A stretch of DNA of 63,634 bases, filler included, from Octopus bimaculoides (lineage: Eukaryota): NCBI RefSeq assembly GCF_001194135.2. It is 4 parts of 4 records of this genome, joined end to end, with 100 filler letters (N's around TTAATTAATTAA, not from the genome) between each part and the next. Parts side by side here need not be neighbours in the genome. Positions count along the whole stretch, not along the records: positions 1 to 30,881 come from NC_068987.1; 3 more parts are not named here. One strand, written 5' to 3'. Below are positions 1-10,180 of this stretch, one piece after another. The stretch's first letter is position 1. Every line of letters begins with the position of its first letter. A program made the position numbers and the translations under genes. The notes beneath the pieces are model-generated. The model did not search any database. It was given only the letters and a program-made list of their open reading frames with translations, and had not been told where the DNA came from.

Positions 1-36
1 GATAGCAAGGTGGTGTTCAGAAACAGTAGAACACAG

Positions 37-272
37 ACAAAGGGTTTAAGTCGATTGCATCGACCCCAGTGCGTAACTGGTACTTAATTTATCGACCCAG
101 AAAGGATGAAAGGCAAAGTCGACCTCGGCGAAATTTGAACTCAGAACGTAACGGCAGACGAAATACCGCTAAGCATTTCGCCCGGCGTGCTAACGATTCT
201 GCCAGCTCGCCGCCTTTGTCTGTCCTTATTTGTCCCCTCTATGTTTAGCCCCTTGTGGGCAATAAAGAAATA
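37..272. mobile_element. Chimeric SINE A-prime (SINE A head/body + Tx1-like 3' tail), 5' part inverted
   Basis: 37-214 is reverse-oriented SINE A body+head; 215-278 is the forward tail identical bar 2 nt to the reverse complement of 48470-48536; 18-bp direct repeat AGAAACAGTAGAACACAG at 19-36 and 273-290. Confidence 0.85.
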
Positions 273-313
273 AGAAACAGTAGAACACAGTACACAATAA
301 TTTGTAATGCTCA

Positions 314-535
314 AAGGAGGCGAGCTGGAAGAAACGTTAGCATGCCGGGCGAAACGCTTATCGGTATTTCGTCTGTCTTAACGTTCTGAGATCAAATTCC
401 ACTGTGGTCGACTTTGCCTTTCATCCTTTCGGGGGTCGATAAATTAAGTACCAGTTGCGTACTGGGGTCGATCTAATCGACTGGTTTCCTCTCCAAAAAT
501 TTCGGGCCTTGTACTAAGAGTAGAAAATAATAATT
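314..535 (+). mobile_element. tRNA-derived SINE family A
   Basis: Head GGCGAGCTGG..GAAACGTTAGC, B-box-like GAGATCAAATTCC, body GTCGACTTTGCCTTTCATCCTTTCGGGGTCGATAAATTAAGTACCAG; more than 10 similar copies in the window. Confidence 0.9.
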
Positions 536-696
536 TCTAATGCTCAGCTATATCTGCTCACTTTCTGAGATCGAGTCACTTTGAAGTCAACTTAGCTTTT
601 CCTCCATATATTGATATCGTTGTGGCACACAGTGGGGATATGTTGGATCACAGGGTTACTCTATCAGGGTTGACCTAAATCTAAATAATTCTTTAT

Positions 697-877
697 ATTA
701 TAGGCACAAAGCCTAAAAGTTTAAGCAAGACGGCTAGTCGATTACATCGACCCCAGTCTTCAAATGGGACTTATTATATCGACGAAGAAGGAACGAAAGG
801 CAAAGTCGACGTTTGGCGGTATTTGAACTCAGAACTTAAAGCCAGAAGAGATACCGCTAAGTGCTAGCTCGTCGCTT
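697..877 (-). mobile_element. SINE A, diverged and internally deleted
   Basis: AGTCGATTACATCGACCCCAG and GAAAGGCAAAGTCGAC..ATTTGAACTCAGAAC blocks. Confidence 0.8.
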
Positions 878-1350
878 CAACACGAGATCTAAATAATAAC
901 AAAAACCAAGTCACCGTCACCAGTAACGAACGACCAACACCTCCATCATTTTCACAACTATAATAATGACAATAACTGCAACAACGACCACAGCGATAAG
1001 AACAACAACACCAACAACTATATTTAAATTACCAGTTATCTATTATTTGTAGAAAAGTGGAAAAAAAAAAGAATAAATTCTCTGATGTAATCTTGATCAT
1101 ATTTCTCGACTGTTTTCTTGATTTCTAGTTTCTTGTGTTTTCTTGGCTTTGATTTTGTCTATTGCTTTTAATCAACTAACCAGACGAGCAAACAAATAAG
1201 CAACAAAACAGATGAGCAAACCGTTATTGTATGGTTAATTATTGCACTTAGTCATCTCTACTGCTGGTTCTGCAACGCTAGTACCTAGTGAAACAGATAT
1301 ATTACAGCATCGGTAATTATATAATCATAATAGCATTCTCTCTTTTTCAG

Positions 1351-1365
1351 ACAACCATTGTATAG
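1351..1365 (+). other. Candidate 15-nt microexon
   Basis: TCTCTCTTTTTCAG / ACAACCATTGTATAG / GTTAGT; splice-signal pattern only. Confidence 0.2.
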
Positions 1366-1699
1366 GTTAGTACGCGATGTACATGTATTCAACTATTTTA
1401 ACCGTTTGAAACAGACGCAGCCGCCATATTGAAGCGTAATACGTAATTCTAACAATAGAGAATGATAGCTCTTTTTTCTATTATTTCTATTTCGTTTCCT
1501 TTCCCATTTTTTCTTAACCTCCTTTTTTCTTCCAAAAAGTTCAAAAGAAGAACGCACTGAGAGATTTTTAATATTCTAATGTTATTTAAGTCACAATTCA
1601 CTTGGTTCCGGGCAAGACATTTATCACGACTTCCACACTCGAACATACCACCTAGCTATATACATAATAATAGACTTATAACTTTTATCATGTGATATC

Positions 1700-1790
1700 T
1701 TTTACTCGCTACAGTCATTACACTGCGGTCATGCTAGGTCACAACCTTGAAGGGATTATTCAAACAAGTCGACACCAATACATTTTTTTT
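1700..1790 (-). mobile_element. SINE B 3' fragment, degenerate
   Basis: CTTTTACTC..CAGTCATT..CTGCGGTCATGCTAGG matches the reverse of the SINE B tail. Confidence 0.5.
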
Positions 1791-1949
1791 ACAGGGACGT
1801 ACACAAATCAAAACTTCTTGTCACACAGAGATAGTTGACAAACATTACAAACACAAAGGCACAGGTATAAATACACACACAGAGACATACATACGAAACA
1901 TACATGCATACACATATATATGTGTGTGTGTGTGTGCGTGTGTATATAT

Positions 1950-1994
<45 letters not shown>

Positions 1995-2927
1995 NNNNNN
2001 NNNNNNNNNNNNNNNNNNNNNNNNNNNNNNNNNNNNNNNNNNNNNNNNNNNNNNNNNNNNNNNNNNNNNNNNNNNNNNNNNNNNNNNNNNNNNNNNNNNN
2101 NNNNNNNNNNNNNNNNNNNNNNNNNNNNNNNNNNNNNNNNNNNNNNNNNNNNNNNNNNNNNNNNNNNNNNNNNNNNNNNNNNNNNNNNNNNNNNNNNNNN
2201 NNNNNNNNNNNNNNNNNNNNNNNNNNNNNNNNNNNNNNNNNNNNNNNNNNNNNNNNNNNNNNNNNNNNNNNNNNNNNNNNNNNNNNNNNNNNNNNNNNNN
2301 NNNNNNNNNNNNNNNNNNNNNNNNNNNNNNNNNNNNNNNNNNNNNNNNNNNNNNNNNNNNNNNNNNNNNNNNNNNNNNNNNNNNNNNNNNNNNNNNNNNN
2401 NNNNNNNNNNNNNNNNNNNNNNNNNNNNNNNNNNNNNNNNNNNNNNNNNNNNNNNNNNNNNNNNNNNNNNNNNNNNNNNNNNNNNNNNNNNNNNNNNNNN
2501 NNNNNNNNNNNNNNNNNNNNNNNNNNNNNNNNNNNNNNNNNNNNNNNNNNNNNNNNNNNNNNNNNNNNNNNNNNNNNNNNNNNNNNNNNNNNNNNNNNNN
2601 NNNNNNNNNNNNNNNNNNNNNNNNNNNNNNNNNNNNNNNNNNNNNNNNNNNNNNNNNNNNNNNNNNNNNNNNNNNNNNNNNNNNNNNNNNNNNNNNNNNN
2701 NNNNNNNNNNNNNNNNNNNNNNNNNNNNNNNNNNNNNNNNNNNNNNNNNNNNNNNNNNNNNNNNNNNNNNNNNNNNNNNNNNNNNNNNNNNNNNNNNNNN
2801 NNNNNNNNNNNNNNNNNNNNNNNNNNNNNNNNNNNNNNNNNNNNNNNNNNNNNNNNNNNNNNNNNNNNNNNNNNNNNNNNNNNNNNNNNNNNNNNNNNNN
2901 NNNNNNNNNNNNNNNNNNNNNNNNNNG

Positions 2928-3243
2928 ACTTATTCTTTGGAAGCCTAGAACTTATTCTATCGGTTTCTTTTTGCCGAAACGCTAAGTTACGGGGACGTAA
3001 ACACACCAGCACCGATTGTCAAGCGATGTGGGGGGGGGCAAACACAGACACGCAAACACATACACACATACATATATATACATATATACGACGGGTTTCT
3101 TTCAGTTTCCGTCTACCAAATCCACTCACAAGGCTTTGGTCGGCCCGAGGCTATAGTAGAAGACACTTGCCCAAGATGCCACGCAGTGGTACTGAACCCG
3201 GAACCATGTGGTTAGTAAGCAAGCTACTTACCACACAGCCACT
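2928..3243 (-). mobile_element. tRNA-derived SINE family B (internal microsatellite)
   Basis: Reverse of GTGGCTGTGTGGTAAGTAGCTTGC..GGTTCCGGGTTCAGT..CTTGGGCAAGTGTCTTCTACTATAGCC; 3' end lost in N gap. Confidence 0.9.
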
Positions 3244-3504
3244 TGCTTATTTGTTTTCATTTGTCCAAATATTTACTAACATTAAAAGAAAAAAAAAATT
3301 AATTATATTGCTGATGTAAGTATATATTAGTATACAGTTCAAACTATCGAACACAGTCACTGTTTCCAGCATCATCTATTAAATATTTGACTACGTGTCC
3401 CGCGATAGAAGCCCTTATGTAAACTGGAGAAACCGGATTGTAAGTGTGTGCACATTTGTGTGTGGTTGGAGGTGTGAGTGTATGTGTATGTGTATATGTC
3501 TTTG

Positions 3505-3700
3505 TCTTTGTGTTTGTCCCACTCCACTGCTTTGAGACCAGTGTTGGTCTGTTTACGTCCTAGTAACTTAGCTGTTCAGCGAAAGAACTTGGCAGAAGTA
3601 CCAGACTTAACAATATGTACTAATGTATTATTTGCTCGTCGAAGTCCTTCAAGGCGTTGCCCCAGCATGACCACAGCCCAACGACTGAAACAATTAAAAT
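3505..3700 (+). mobile_element. SINE B 3' half, diverged
   Basis: TGTGTTTGTCCC..GTTTACGTCC..AACTTAGC and CCCCAGCATGACCACAG..ACTGAAAC. Confidence 0.7.
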
Positions 3701-3754
3701 ATATATATATATAGATAGATAGATAGATACATACATACATACATACATTCTTTT

Positions 3755-3962
3755 CTACTCTAGGTACAAGGCCCGAAATTTTTGGGGAGGGCGCCAGTCG
3801 TTTAGATCGACCCAGTACGCATCTGGTACTTAATTTATCGACCCCCAAAAGGATGAAAGTCAAAGTCGACCTCGGCGAGATTTGGACTCAGAACGTAAAG
3901 ACAGACGAAATGCCGTTAAGCATTTCGCCCGGCGTGCTAACGTTTCTGCTAGCTTGCCACCT
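3755..3962 (-). mobile_element. SINE A, full length
   Basis: Full match to family A from tail to tRNA-like head. Confidence 0.9.
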
Positions 3963-3983
3963 TACATATATATATATTGATAT

Positions 3984-4112
<129 letters not shown>

Positions 4113-4164
4113 TACATACATACATATATATACATACATACATATACATATATATACATACATG

Positions 4165-4730
4165 TATATATTACTCTTTAATTCTTTAATGAGTTTCAGG
4201 TGGGGAGCTGCGACCATGCTGGGGCACCGCCGTGAGCTTTGCTACGGCTTCACTACTTGAAGCCTTCTCTGATATGTGGCATTTGGTGAATGAGGATGTT
4301 TGATGCTATTGCCCTCATCTGCCTTTCCTGCCATGATATACGTTCATCCGGAATCCTTGACAAGAGGAGATCCAGTTTTGTTTTGAAGACACCTACGTCC
4401 ATACCGTTCAGATCTCTCGGGATTTTTTGGTGGATACTGAAGAGCTGCTGGCCCTTGTAACCGAAACTGTTGCAGTATCTTGTCCTGTATCTTGATGGTA
4501 ATGTCGAGATCTTTGGCACTATGCAGTGGCACCCTGTTCTGTTATTTGTGTAACTTTCAATACCAAAGTTTGGTACAAGTTCTTCCAAGATTTTCCAGAT
4601 GTATATCACTTCACATCTTTCCTGTCTATGTTCTAAGGAATAAAGTTTAGAACATCCTTTGCATTGAGGCGATCTTCTTTGTATAGCTTTGCTGGATTGC
4701 CTCAAGTTCCACCATTAATATTACACTGTG
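4165..4730 (-). mobile_element. CR1/L2-like LINE 3' end (ORF2 C-terminus + 3' UTR)
   Basis: Translation ELEAIQQSYTKKIASMQ..LYSLEHRQER..IYIWKIL..KGQQLF..VFKTKLDLLLSRIPDE, typical post-RT CR1-type motifs; stop at 4253-4255; UTR ends in TAAAGAATTAAAGAGT. Confidence 0.85.
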
Positions 4731-4739
4731 TGACTATAG

Positions 4740-5687
4740 TTGGGGCAGTAGTCTTACCAGTTGAAGACATGTGTCTTCCAGAAAACAATCATTCTCTTTC
4801 TGAAAGTTCGAAGGATCTATCGAGCCGGCCGCCAGCATTTTATTGCCAACATACACCTGGAATGACGCATCATTACTTATGTCAATGCCCATGTCGCGCG
4901 CTGATTTTGGATCCAGTGATTGAATGGTGAAAAGCTGATAACATGCACTTGTGATGTTTTGAATGTGTCATCCATTCCTAAAAATGAGGTGTTTTCCAGT
5001 TGTTGAAGACCTTCGTTAGAGGCAAAGATTAAAATCCTCTTTTCATCATTACTGCTTGTGTCGCATTGTAGGAACAAATCGCTGCCTTCCAAGTATTTAA
5101 AAGAATCAAGCACTTGAAATCCAGTACGATGAAGAGGCAACGGACGAGCACCAAAAGCTTTATTGCGCCAGTTTGTAAAACTTCCAGAAACTGTTTGCAA
5201 CCGTGGTAATTCATATTTCACATTCTCACTAATATTATTTGTAGTTTCTGAAACGAGCACTCGAATACTTGTTCCAACTCCATCTTGCAACTTTTTTCTT
5301 AATGCTGAAATGGCGAATCGTGCTTCCACTGCATTCGATGTTGGTTCGTGGTCATGACTATTGATTGTTGAAATAATTGTAAGTTCACCTAGTTTATTCT
5401 CTGTATGAACACAAACACAACATGTATTGCGAATCTCACAACGCCACAGTTTCCTTGTCTCATCGAAACTAAACTTATGAAAGTCGTAAACATAATTAAG
5501 TTCATCAATCAATTTATCTTTGTTTTTCTTACTTTTAAAATATTTTGCAGCCATATTAGGATTTCTTAAAATTAGAAATATTTATCTTGTGGGCAAAATG
5601 ACGTGTGGGCGAAATGACTGGATACCGATTTGAAAAATTGTCTGGGACGAAATTTATTGGGACCGAATTTAACTTGCCTGAAAATCC
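4740..5687 (-). mobile_element. Mutator-like (MULE) DNA transposon, 5' portion
   Basis: FLYWCH-like and MULE motifs in ORF; subterminal repeats TGGGCAAAATGAC/TGGGCGAAATGAC/TGGGACGAAATTT/TGGGACCGAATTT at 5588-5670. Confidence 0.8.
4877..5554 (-). pseudogene. FLYWCH zinc finger + MULE transposase N-terminus (frameshift near 4945)
   Basis: KSKKNKDKL..YVY..WRCE..C..H.H FLYWCH pattern; RILIFAS..L..MDDTFK (normally DGTFK), then YQLFTI in the next frame. Confidence 0.8.
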
Positions 5688-6140
5688 TGTGCATTCGCAT
5701 GTGAAACTCAGAGTAGCAAAATAAAATGAAATATATTTTACACACACACACTCTACAGTGGCCACTGCCACCGTGACTAATACAATAGGAAGACCACTGA
5801 ACTTCCTTCACACACAAAACTGAGTTACNNNNNNNNNNNNNNNNNNNNNNNNNNNNNNNNNNNNNNNNNNNNNNNNNNNNNNNNNNNNNNNNNNNNNNNN
5901 NNNNNNNNNNNNNNNNNNNNNNNNNNNNNNNNNNNNNNNNNNNNNNNNNNNNNNNNNNNNNNNNNNNNNNNNNNNNNNNNNNNNNNNNNNNNNNNNNNNN
6001 NNNNNNNNNNNNNNNNNNNNNNNNNNNNNNNNNNNNNNNNNNNNNNNNNNNNNNNNNNNNNNNNNNNNNNNNNNNNNNNNNNNNNNNNNNNNNNNNNNNN
6101 NNNNNNNNNNNNNNNNNNNNNNNNNNNNNNTCTTCTTCTT

Positions 6141-6171
<31 letters not shown>

Positions 6172-6535
6172 TTCTTCTTCTTCTTTTTCTTCTTTCATTC
6201 CTTCCTTCCCTTCACCCCACCCTCCTCTTTCTCTTAGGAGGAAAGCAAGGGACTGTCTGTTCTCAAACTTAAAGAACAACAGACACCGTCAGGGCTTGGA
6301 ATGCTCTGGGCATGTCGTATATACGGTAACTTCTGTACGGCATCTGGATTTGTTGGCCCAATGACAGGATCTTGAAAATGATATCAACATCTACAGTGAA
6401 GGCCATATTTCTTAGACGCATGATCGTTACAATAAATCACATTTCGCAAGTTATTCCTTCATAACTCGTGCATAAGAAGATTACTTAAAAGCACCGTGTA
6501 AATAATAGATATAGCGAAATCTAAATGTTCTAAAG

Positions 6536-7090
6536 CAGTGGTTCCCAAAGTAGTGGCACTGTCCCTTTGAGGGCGGCAGTAAGATCCACAGGGGAGTTAA
6601 AGAAATGTGGGGTGATAATGGGGTTAAGTTGACTTTCCTTCTCGAGTCACGCTGACTCAAAAAGGTCGGTTTCCCGGTCTTCATGGCGTATAAATTCCCC
6701 ACTTTGACGGAAAGCCGGTCCGTTGTAGGGTTACTCATTTTTGCCAGGTAAGTGGACTGGGGCAACGTGAAATGAAGAGTTTTGCTCAAGAACACAACGC
6801 GTCGCCCGGTCCAGGAATCGAAACAACAATCTTGTGATCAGGACTCTAACACCCTAACCACTAAGCCTCGCGGCTCCACAGGTAGTAGAATGGAAAAAAA
6901 GATAGCGATGGATGAAAAAAAAATTCAAAATAATGGGTTAACTAGGTTAAGTTTTATTTATAAAATACAGTTGTTTTGAATTTGTTGCAGAAAATGGTGT
7001 ATATTGGTGGTGGTGAGTGGGTAGGAGGGCGCCAGGAATGTGTCCCGGGTGCCAAGGGTGCCGCAGCCTGAAAAAGTTTGGGAATCACTG
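6536..7090. mobile_element. hAT-type MITE with nested SINE
   Basis: TIRs CAGTGGTTCCCAAA / TTTGGGAATCACTG; 8-bp TSD TTCTAAAG at 6528-6535 and 7091-7098. Confidence 0.9.
6624..6879 (-). mobile_element. tRNA-derived SINE family D
   Basis: Reverse head GTGGAGCCGCGAGGCTTAGTGGTTAGGGTG..GTTTCGATTCCTGGACC with A/B boxes; second copy at 12453-12696. Confidence 0.85.
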
Positions 7091-7244
7091 TTCTAAAGTT
7101 ATGTTCGAAAATTTCGACAGCCATGTTCGAATTGGTCGCTGGCTATATGATATTTAATCTGCAGATATCCTAAAATGCAATTCGTACTAATACGCATTCC
7201 TGTGGCATATAGCCTTAGTTGAGCAACAATGTACACTGAAAAAG

Positions 7245-7276
7245 ATGTCAAAAAGTAAAAACAAAAAACAGAGCAG
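7245..7276 (+). other. Candidate coding exon end (MSKSKNKKQS-) with perfect donor
   Basis: CAG/GTAAGT at 7274-7282; only one open frame upstream; no homology recognised. Confidence 0.2.
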
Positions 7277-7614
7277 GTAAGTGCGCGCTTGTGTGTGTAT
7301 TGGGGGGGGGACATGTGTGTGTGTGTAGGGGTATATGTGTATGTGTGTATGTGAGTATGCTTGTGTGCTCGTTGTTGAAAGATAAAAGTTATACAGGATT
7401 CCCTTCAAAGACAAGTAACACATGATTAGAGAGAGAGAGATATATGATATCCCTATTTGAAAGCAACCGGTATGGCAGGTAGAGATCATCAATGAGAAGC
7501 TATGGTGAGGAAGTATAAGTAGATGGTGTTACATGGTACATATAGTTATACATCATAGAGTTGAAACCGAAGATTTATAATCAGATGTCCATTTGTCATA
7601 GTAGCAACCTCGCG

Positions 7615-7832
7615 AAGGCAGCGAGCTGGCAGAATCATTAGCACGCCGGGCGAAATGCTTTCGCGGTATTTCGTCTGTCTTTACGTTCTGAGTTCAAATT
7701 CTGCCGAGGTCGACTTTGCCTTTCATCCTTTCGAGGTCGATAAATTAAGTACCAGTTGCGTACTGGCGTCGATATAATCGACTGGCCCCCTCTCCCAGAA
7801 TTTCGGGCCTTGTGCCTAGAGTAGAAAAGAAT
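7615..7832 (+). mobile_element. SINE A, full length
   Basis: AAGGCAGCGAGCTGGCAGAATCATTAGC head, GAGTTCAAATTC B box, tail GCCTTGTGCCTAGAGTAGAAAAG. Confidence 0.92.
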
Positions 7833-8565
7833 ATAAGGTTATAACGTGAGTGCGAGACTAGTAAGAAGTTATTTAAAAGCAATTAATCATTGAGATGGAA
7901 CTGTATTTGTGTATTCATTANNNNNNNNNNNNNNNNNNNNNNNNNNNNNNNNNNNNNNNNNNNNNNNNNNNNNNNNNNNNNNNNNNNNNNNNNNNNNNNN
8001 NNNNNNNNNNNNNNNNNNNNNNNNNNNNNNNNNNNNNNNNNNNNNNNNNNNNNNNNNNNNNNNNNNNNNNNNNNNNNNNNNNNNNNNNNNNNNNNNNNNN
8101 NNNNNNNNNNNNNNNNNNNNNNNNNNNNNNNNNNNNNNNNNNNNNNNNNNNNNNNNNNNNNNNNNNNNNNNNNNNNNNNNNNNNNNNNNNNNNNNNNNNN
8201 NNNNNNNNNNNNNNNNNNNNNNNNNNNNNNNNNNNNNNNNNNNNNNNNNNNNNNNNNNNNNNNNNNNNNNNNNNNNNNNNNNNNNNNNNNNNNNNNNNNN
8301 NNNNNNNNNNNNNNNNNNNNNNNNNNNNNNNNNNNNNNNNNNNNNNNNNNNNNNNNNNNNNNNNNNNNNNNNNNNNNNNNNNNNNNNNNNNNNNNNNNNN
8401 NNNNNNNNNNNNNNNNNNNNNNNNNNNNNNNNNNNNNNNNNNNNNNNNNNNNNNNNNNNNNNNNNNNNNNNNNNNNNNNNNNNNNNNNNNNNNNNNNNNN
8501 NNNNNNNNNNNNNNNNNNNNNNNNNNNNNNNNNNNNNNNNNNNNNNNNNNNNNNNTATATATATA

Positions 8566-8721
8566 CTTCTTTCTGCTTCCGCCTACCAAATCTACTCAAA
8601 ACGCTTTGGTCGGCCCAGGGTTATTGTAGAAGACACTTCCCCAAAGATACCACGCTGTGAGACTGAACCCGTAAGCATAAGTTTGGGAAGCAAGCTTCTT
8701 GGTATACAGCCATGCCTACGC
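8566..8721 (-). mobile_element. SINE B 5' half
   Basis: Reverse of head and CTTGGG..TCTTCTAC..GGCCGACCAAAGC block. Confidence 0.8.
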
Positions 8722-8924
8722 ATTTGGTTGTGAAAGTATTTGAGCTAGAAACAATCTGGAAACAATTGCGCATGGTACCAGCGTAATTTTAGTTTAATTA
8801 TAAAATTCAGCTGAAATATCGCGTGTGGATGTAATCTGTGAACCTAAATGCAGGTCTCACTGATTTGAGGTAAAAAAAAAATATGGGATTAAGAGCCACA
8901 CACTTTCACAACAGAATATTGGTT

Positions 8925-9352
8925 TTAAATTTTGACATAGGTCCAGTAATTATAAGGAGGGGCTAAGTCAAGTACATCGACCTCAGTGTTCAATTAAGTA
9001 TTTACTACTTTATCGACCCCAAAAGGCTGAAAGGCAAAGTCGACCTCAGCGAAATTTCAACTCAGGACATAAAGACGGACGAAACGTCGCTAAGCATTTT
9101 GCCCGTCACGGTAATGATTCGCCCAACTCATCACCTTGAATATTGGTTTCAAATTTTGGCACAAGGCCAGAAATTTGGGGGAAGGAGCTAAGTTGATTAC
9201 ATCGACCCCAGCGTTCAGCTGGTACTTATTTTATCGATCCGAAAAGGATGACAGGCAAGATCGATCTCGGTGGAATTTTGAACTCAGAACGTAAAGACGG
9301 ACAAAATACCGGTAAACATTTTACCCGGCGTGCTAACGATTTTGCCAGCTTA
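8925..9352 (-). mobile_element. Two tandem SINE A copies (about 8925-9140 and 9143-9352)
   Basis: Two consecutive family A matches in the same orientation. Confidence 0.85.
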
Positions 9353-9410
9353 AAGCCCTAAGCCTTCTTAGATATTAAAAAAAAAAATGATCGAACTTAA
9401 TCAGATATAT

Positions 9411-9575
9411 AGGCGTAGGAGTGGCTGTGTAGTAAGTAGCTTGCTTGCGAACCACATAGTTCCAGGTTCAGTCCCACTGCGTGGTACCTTGGGCAAGTAT
9501 CTTGTACAATAGCCTCATGCCGAACAAAGCCTTGCGAGTGGATTTGGTAGACGGAAACTGAAAAAAAAACCCGTC

Positions 9576-9615
<40 letters not shown>

Positions 9616-10180
9616 NNNNNNNNNNNNNNNNNNNNNNNNNNNNNNNNNNNNNNNNNNNNNNNNNNNNNNNNNNNNNNNNNNNNNNNNNNNNNNNNNNNNN
9701 NNNNNNNNNNNNNNNNNNNNNNNNNNNNNNNNNNNNNNNNNNNNNNNNNNNNNNNNNNNNNNNNNNNNNNNNNNNNNNNNNNNNNNNNNNNNNNNNNNNN
9801 NNNNNNNNNNNNNNNNNNNNNNNNNNNNNNNNNNNNNNNNNNNNNNNNNNNNNNNNNNNNNNNNNNNNNNNNNNNNNNNNNNNNNNNNNNNNNNNNNNNN
9901 NNNNNNNNNNNNNNNNNNNNNNNNNNNNNNNNNNNNNNNNNNNNNNNNGTGTGTGTGTGTGTGTGTGCCTGTGTTTGTCCCCACAACATCACTTGACAAC
10001 CGATGCTGGTGCGTTTACGTCCCCGTAAATTAGCGGTTCGGCAAAAGAGACTGATAGAATAAGTACCAGGCTTACAAAGAATAAGTCCTGGGGTCGATGT
10101 GCTCGACTATAGGCGGTGCTCCAGCATGGCCACAGTCAAATGACTGAAACGAGTAAAAGAGTAAAAGAGAGTAAAAGAGT
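9411..10180 (+). mobile_element. SINE B, full length with expanded internal TA/TG tract (N gap)
   Basis: GGCGTAGGAGTGGCTGTGTAGTAAG head to GAGTAAAAGAGTAAAAGAG tail. Confidence 0.92.

Noticed and set aside
1252-1312. Exon upstream of the 15-nt candidate
   Set aside because: Would need a 38-nt intron; weak acceptor
1747-3319. Long ORFs of 300-570 aa in the track (also 10655-11940, 27672-29396, 60840-61968 and others)
   Set aside because: Open only because they run through N gaps and TA/TG repeats
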